This document shows, piece after piece, positions 36,653 to 42,795 of a stretch of DNA of 42,795 bases. The stretch's first letter is position 1, and the number at the start of each line of letters is the position of its first letter. The notes below the pieces were generated by a model, which searched no databases, was not told the DNA's origin, and saw only the letters and a list, made by a program, of their open reading frames with translations. A program made the position numbers and the translations under genes. Source of the DNA: Jimgerdemannia flammicorona (taxonomy: Eukaryota); the NCBI GenBank assembly GCA_003990765.1, contig RBNJ01000084.1:1-42795 (forward strand), in the 5' to 3' direction.

Positions 36653-37990
36653 ATCCACAATAATATTCTCCTTACTAGAGTGATACTGGATTTTGTAGTC
36701 AAAATTAGTGAGAACTTTCATCTATCTGGCTTGCTTTTGAAAAAGAGTAGCCTGGGTCTTAATATTGATTAATAGTTTATAATTTATCAGTATAGTAAAG
36801 TGGGCTCCTTTGTGGTATAGTTACTATTTAATCAGAGTATCTACAATGACTAACATTTTCTTCTTATAGGTTATATAGTTAATTTCAGCATTATTGAACT
36901 TACAAGAGTGGTAGGCTACAGGGTGTCCTTCTTTCATGAGTACTGCTCTAAGGGCTAGATTAGAGGCATTGGTAGTAACTTTATATAGTAAGGCAGAATT
37001 TGGTGCTTGAAGTACTGAAGTGGTTATCAAGGTATCTTTCAACACTTGAAAGGCTGTGTCTTATTCAGGTCTCCAATTTATAAGATTGTTGAAGTCTTTT
37101 TCTTATATTGTGGTCCAGAGTTGTTCTTCTTTTTTACTATGTTTAGTTATTTGAGTCAGGGTAGTAGTAATCTTAGTGAAGTTTGTAATAAATTATCAGT
37201 AATAGTTTGCTAGTCCTAGAAATAACTGAAGGTCTTTTAACTTTTGAGTCTGGTCTATTTCTTAATCATGAAGATTTTGCTGGAGTTTACTTTGATTCTA
37301 TTGAGAGTGACAATGTGTTCAAGAAATTGAATTTCCTTTAGAAGGAATTCATATTTGTTGAGTTTCACAAAGAGTCAGTTTTCTTAGAGCTTCAGTAGTA
37401 CTAGTTTAAGATATTCAAGGTATTTCTCTAGGGTTTTGCTGAAGACTAGGATGTCATTAATGTAAACAATAACAAATTTGTCTAGATACAGGTATAGGAT
37501 GGTATTTATCAGTATCTGGAAGATTACAGGAGTATTAGTTAAGCCAAAAAATATAACCAGAAACTCAAAATGTCTATAGTGAGTTCAGAAGGCAGTTTTG
37601 TAGATATCTTCTTCTTTTATAACAATTTGTCAATAGTTATTTCATAGGTCAAAAGAGCTCATAAACTGTGTATTAGTAAGCCTATTGAATATTTCATTAA
37701 TTTAGAGTAGTGGGTAGCAGTTCTTGATAGTTTTCTTATTGAGGTTATGATAGTTTATATATATTTATAGGTCTCCTTCTTTCTTGATCTCAAAGAGGAC
37801 TGGTATACTATATAGTGATATACTAGATCTAATGAATCCTTATTTTAGAAGTTCATTGATTTTTTTCTTGAGTATATCAATCTCTCTCAGAGATATATGA
37901 TAGATTGACTTAAAGGCAGGCTTAGCATCTGAGATAGTCTTGATAGTATAGTCTACTGCTTTTTTAGGTGATAGACCTTTTGAGAGCTTT
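36653..37990 (-). pseudogene. RT and RNase H of element B
   Basis: FVIVYINDILVF (decayed YIDD), FLGLANY and VTTNASNLALRAVL..HPVAYHS. Confidence 0.88.
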
Positions 37991-38289
37991 TTTGGAAATA
38001 TGTCTCAGAATTTCTGAAGTAGAGGTCTAACATAACTATTAACTTTGGAAAAGTCTTCTTCATTATTCTTAGGTTCTCCTTTGGATAGTTAGATAGCAAT
38101 AGCAAAGAGAGAGCATTTTTTGGCTAGTTTCTTGAGTTGCAGTTTGTTGAATAGATGATCTTTAGGCCTATATTACTAGAGTTGTATGGGTCCTTTTTAC
38201 CTTGCAGTTTGAAATTATAGTATTCTTTCTTAATAGTCAGAAAATAGTTTACCCAATCAATCATAAGGTTCTCTTGTTTTAACCATAGG

Positions 38290-39130
38290 GTCCCAAGGAT
38301 GATTTCATTATCAGGAAGTAATATGATCTGAAGTATAATATATACTCAGTAGTCACCAAATTGGAAGAGTAGATTGTAGACTTCCTTACTAATGATATGA
38401 GAAATTCCATCAGCTATAGCAACTACTTGAGTCTGTTATACTGAAGAGATCAGGACCTTGAGTCTGTTGGTTGTTTTTTTATTGATGAAGTTGCCTGAGA
38501 TACTGCTATCTATTATAATATTAACAGATACTCTATTGACAAAAACTTGAAGCAGTTTGTCTGATCTAATGATGGTAATTTTAGTAGTAGGAGCTTTCCA
38601 TCTATTAGCCCTCCTTTGGGCCAGTTTGTTGATATAAAAGAAGTAATAATTAATTATTTAGGAAGAGTATATTCCAAAATTATAGAGACATCAGCTACTT
38701 GGTATAAATCTATCTTTAATTTTCTTATAGAATTATTCTTCTTTATTTATAGTAGGTTGGGCTGGGACCTTATTTGATGAGCCAAATTCTTTGGATCCTC
38801 TGATAGTAGGCAGTAGTTCTGAGACTTCCTTGACTATTAGAGTTGACTTGATTTTTTTAAATAGAATCTGAGCAATGCAAAAACCAATAGAGATCTTGAA
38901 TAATATTCAACTATGGTTTTGAATAAAGACAATGATTTCACTTATATAATCTTTGTCAATGATTTCTCCTTCTACTGAGAGTTCTTTTAATACTAGACTG
39001 CTATGACAGTATATTCTTCTAATATATCCTTCAGGAATTTGAATGCTGATCCCTATATAGATCATGTCTAGCTACCTTTTGGCTTCTTTTGATTGGGGCT
39101 ATAGCAGTTGGCCTTAACTTGACAAAGTCT
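38290..39130 (-). pseudogene. dUTPase (~38775-39130) followed by aspartic protease (~38290-38560) of element B
   Basis: DFVKLRPTAIAP...HDLY, SSLVLK.LSVEGEIIDKDY, FGSS, then IDSSISGNFI. Confidence 0.82.
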
Positions 39131-39299
39131 AGTATCTTAGTAGTTAGGTTGTTAAGGTGATACAAAGTAGTAACAGTTGCTTATATTGTTGTTCAGAGTT
39201 TTCAGTTAGAGCAGACACTGGTTATATATCCTGTATTTCAGTAATAGAAGTATACTCTACTTCTTCAGAGTTCATTTCTTTCTCCTTTAGTGAGTTTCT

Positions 39300-41114
39300 T
39301 GAAGGTACTCAGCTGGGTGGGGTTGAAATTCTAGGGTATTCAAGAGGTAGATGTAGGGGGAGCTTAGAATACTTCATATTTGAGTTCTTTTTTCTTAATC
39401 TAAGATTTTTCCTTATTATTAAATTGTCTTCAAGGCAGAATTGGTTTAGCTATTAGAATATACTTAATCATAGTCTTGATTCTTGCCAGGTACCATTATT
39501 GGTAATTACAACCAACTGGGTGTCTTTGTTCTCAGATATTTCTTATAAGCTATTCAGATAGTATATCAAATAAATAGTCTGCTCTTGTACTATTTCATGC
39601 TTCATCATTAGTAATATATCCTAGGCCAATAGTGTTCAGAAGTAATTTGAGTTTTATATAGAAGAGTTTGAATTCCTCTTTGCCATACGTATCAAATTTA
39701 AGATTGTAGAGTTTTACTTGAGATTTGGTAATCAGAGTTTTACTGTGATATTGAGCAATTATGAGCTATTTGAGCCTGGGGGCCATAGAATGGTCTCTAT
39801 GTTCAGGGGTGTTATTTGCTACATTCTGAGCAATAACTACAGATTGGATATCCCATATGAGGAGTTTTTCAGAAAGAGTTTACTATCATTCTTTAGCAGG
39901 TCTTTAGAAGAATATAACAACTTGCTGTAGTAGTAGCAAAGAGTTGTTCCAGAGTATGGTCTTAATCATTTATCAGAAGGTAGTTAGCAACTTACTCATT
40001 GATCTATTAGTTAACTTCAAAATTAGTATCAACTATACTAATAAAGTTTTGGACTTCCTATATAGTACTATTGAAGATAGGTAGGCTCAAACTTTTTGTT
40101 GGTCAGGTCTGCTCAGCTAAGATAGTAATGATTGCTACTATTATGGCTACCTAGGCTATGAGATCTAGAATCTGTTAGTTTACCATATTATTTACTAAAG
40201 GTAATTGGACTACTAGTAATAAGATTACTGATATAACTTGAGATACTGATACAGAGTATAATAGTATTCTTTGAGTATATATAAGTTACTAGAGTAACTA
40301 TTATAGATCTGATATAAGAGCTTAATAGATAACTGTCTGTTGTGCTATAGATATGTTTTGTTCTGAGAGAGATATGTCTTCTTCAGTAGTATATTTGAGA
40401 TCAAATTTAGTGAGATACTTCTCCTCTTCTTCACTTAGATCTCTATATAATTGAGTTTATTTAGTATCAAAGTAGATAGTATCAGTTATATATTAGATTT
40501 CAGATGAGTTTAAATCAAAAGCTGATTTTGTCTCAATATCAGATTTAGTTTTAGATAGAGTTGTAGCTAGATCTGCTTCTGACTCAGGGGCTGATTATTG
40601 ATAAAGAGTTTTTCTGTTTTCTTCTTTAAGAATATAGCAGATCTTGTAATTCTGGAAATAGTAGTATAAGGTAGTCTTGGTTCTGATATGGTAATAGTCA
40701 GTAGAGTTGAGCTACTTAGCTACAGAGGCTCAGGCTTTATAGAGAACTAAGGCTAGAAAGACAGCTACTGATTATCCTAGATTGCTTAGGTTTGTAGAGC
40801 TGATAAAACTCTTGTTGAGAAGAGTAAAGAAGGCTTCTATAAGACCTTATTCATCTTGACTTACAGAATATAGAATAATAAGTTTAGTATATAGAATTTT
40901 ACCTATTTACTGATTTATATAACTAGAGTACTTCTTTTTGTAGATAAAGTCTGTCCCACTTATTACAGGTATGGAGGTCAAATTGTCCTTATACATTAGG
41001 TTCAATTCACTTCAGATTGTCAGATAGTTCTTGAATAAATTCCTGTTTAAAGATTGGGCTCTATACTAACTTGTAGAAATTCTAGTAAGAGATTATAGTT
41101 AGGTGAGAAAGCAT
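39300..41114 (-). pseudogene. gag region of element B with a long N-terminal extension, heavily decayed
   Basis: Lies between the PBS and the dUTPase. An LPIFN(D)S(G)...V.NF capsid-like motif is near 40080, and there is an ATG at 41114. Confidence 0.5.
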
Positions 41115-41138
41115 CTTAAAGTAAAATTGGATTGTAAA

Positions 41139-41150
41139 TCACTGCTACCA
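41139..41150 (-). promoter_or_regulatory. Primer-binding site, probably tRNA-iMet
   Basis: TGGTAGCAG begins 3 nt from the 5' LTR and is complementary to the TGCTACCA 3' end typical of eukaryotic initiator tRNA-Met. Confidence 0.75.
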
Positions 41151-41153
41151 AGT

Positions 41154-42444
41154 TGTAAGAGGGTTACTTATAAAAGTACTATTATGTAGTTCTGAAAGAG
41201 TTTTCTAGAAGTTCTGAATATTCTAGAAGACTGTTTTCTTTAGGTTAAGATCAATTTTATATAAAGTATATCCTCTATACTTATTGATTTCAAGATTGGA
41301 TTGATATCTCAACCAAAGTTCTTTTTTGAACTAGTTCTAGATGTTTAGGATTTTCTATATTTCAGAAAGTTCAAAAAACTAAGACCAGCTTAGTTGAATT
41401 GGTATATTACTACAGATAATACCTAATTAGAAAATTTTATAATATGGTTAGAAGTGAGACTTAATAGAGTGTAAATTTACTTAAGAGTAGTTTGTAGATT
41501 ATTAAATAAGTTTATTTGGTATTCATGATATTACTATACTAGGACTAGTGTGTGAAGAGATATTTTGAGGAAGTGTTCAAGAGTTCTTATATATTTGGAT
41601 ATATTTAAGTCTGAGTTTCTGAGATCTAAGAGAGCAGGTATTTATACTAATGGGGGCTATCTAGACTATGCTAAATATAGATATAGTACTTAGTATCTTG
41701 CTGAGTTAGAATACAGTATAGTACAAGTGTGAACTGACATATCAAGAGATTATCTGACTGCTGAGTTAGTATATAGTCATATCATATGAGGCTAATCTAA
41801 CTATACTAATAACTACTAAGCTATCTATAGATTTAGATACTGTCTGAGTAGTCTTTGATGAGATCACTATTAATGATATCATCTCTGATGAAGTAGTTAT
41901 CTAAAAAGAGTAGTTCTTAGATTATATCTCCTTATTTATTTATAGTAGTAGATTGGAACTATGTCACTATCTCACAAGATAGTATCATCTATTTTATATA
42001 CTAAGTAAAATATCAGTAGATAGAGAAAGAGTGCATTATCTTTACTTTCATTAGATTTACTGTCTACATATCTTCTATAGATAATAGTACTATGGGTTAT
42101 AGAGTTATAGTAGGCTGGTAGCTATGGTTTATTTTACTCATACTTGAGAGATAGAATTGTTAGTTTAATCTTGAAAGTTGTCTAGAGATATAGGTTGTGT
42201 TCTCCAGTCTCTTTATTGTAGTTGAAGTAATCAGGTATTGATACTCATATATACCAGTAGTCATTATTCCAATAGGTCTTATAGGTGATTATGAATTATT
42301 GTAAGTTTATTGATAAGATCAGTAGAGTGATTAGGGCTGATAGAGATTCTTGGCTGAAGATCATATCAGTATTGAAGGAGTCATTGTCTTCAGCTTCATT
42401 ATTATCAAACTTGATTATATTATAGACATCCTTCATAGTATATC
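41154..42444 (-). repeat. 5' LTR of element B, interrupted at 42444
   Basis: Colinear with 26806 to about 28096, after which similarity ends abruptly. Confidence 0.9.
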
Positions 42445-42795
42445 TATAATAACTCTCACTTCTACCCCTCTCTTATCCTTTGGATAATTAGAGAAGTAGA
42501 CTATTACTTAGGGACTTAGTATACAATGTGTATCAAGAAGCCTTCAGTTTGAGGAAGCGCTCGCTTAAAGTAGTTTGTAGTGGCAGTGCCTTATCTTTCA
42601 AAGGTCCTTCTCTTGTGCCCTATTTCGAGAGTCTTATTCTTTGCTGTACACAGACTGAATTCACCTTAGAATTCAGGTTCAATGGGTTTACTTAAGTCTT
42701 TGGGGATTTATATACTGGTCTCAGTTCTGGCAGAAGTTAGCTAGGCTTCTGGAGTTTAGTCAGAAACACTAGAGTCACTTAGATATCATTACTAA
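42445..42795. mobile_element. Probable LTR (family D) inserted in the 5' LTR of B; runs off the window
   Basis: Starts with TATAAT (decayed TGTAAT) exactly at the breakpoint, has a TATA-like motif near 42705, and matches 9060-9132. Confidence 0.55.

Larger units (their letters stand above)
26806..42444 (-). mobile_element. Chromovirus-type Ty3/gypsy element B with dUTPase, interrupted by LINE copy 3 and by LTR D
   Basis: LTR pair 26806-28840 and 41154-42444+, PBS, PPT, and gag-dUTPase-PR-RT-RH-IN-chromodomain remnants. Confidence 0.92.

Noticed and set aside
1-42795. Alternative genetic code or programmed readthrough explaining the many in-frame stops
   Set aside because: The stops are of all three types, differ between copies and match C>T/G>A decay of Trp, Gln and Arg codons.

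Overview
The window contains no recognisable host gene. It is a nest of decayed transposons with strong CpG depletion and almost transition-only (C>T/G>A) decay, most like fungal heterochromatin; that taxon assignment is inference. It holds: (i) three minus-strand L1/Tx1-like LINE loci, one of them a fusion of two different elements; (ii) a complete Ty3/gypsy element A (9261-17989, ~1.5-kb LTRs, CTAT TSD, order gag-PR-dUTPase-RT-RH-IN); (iii) a chromovirus-type element B (26806 to >42444, ~2-kb LTRs, order gag-dUTPase-PR-RT-RH-IN-chromodomain) inserted into an oppositely oriented relative; (iv) further LTR fragments and a palindromic hAT-like MITE. The most notable observation is that the LTRs of A and B, which show no evident nucleotide similarity, each carry a long sense-strand ORF broken only by transition-type stops, and these two proteins align with each other by eye. 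Both elements also carry a dUTPase, at different positions. A 73-bp cluster of 14 intact CpGs with E-box and CRE-like motifs survives in an LTR end. All translations and alignments were done by eye, and internal domain boundaries are approximate.
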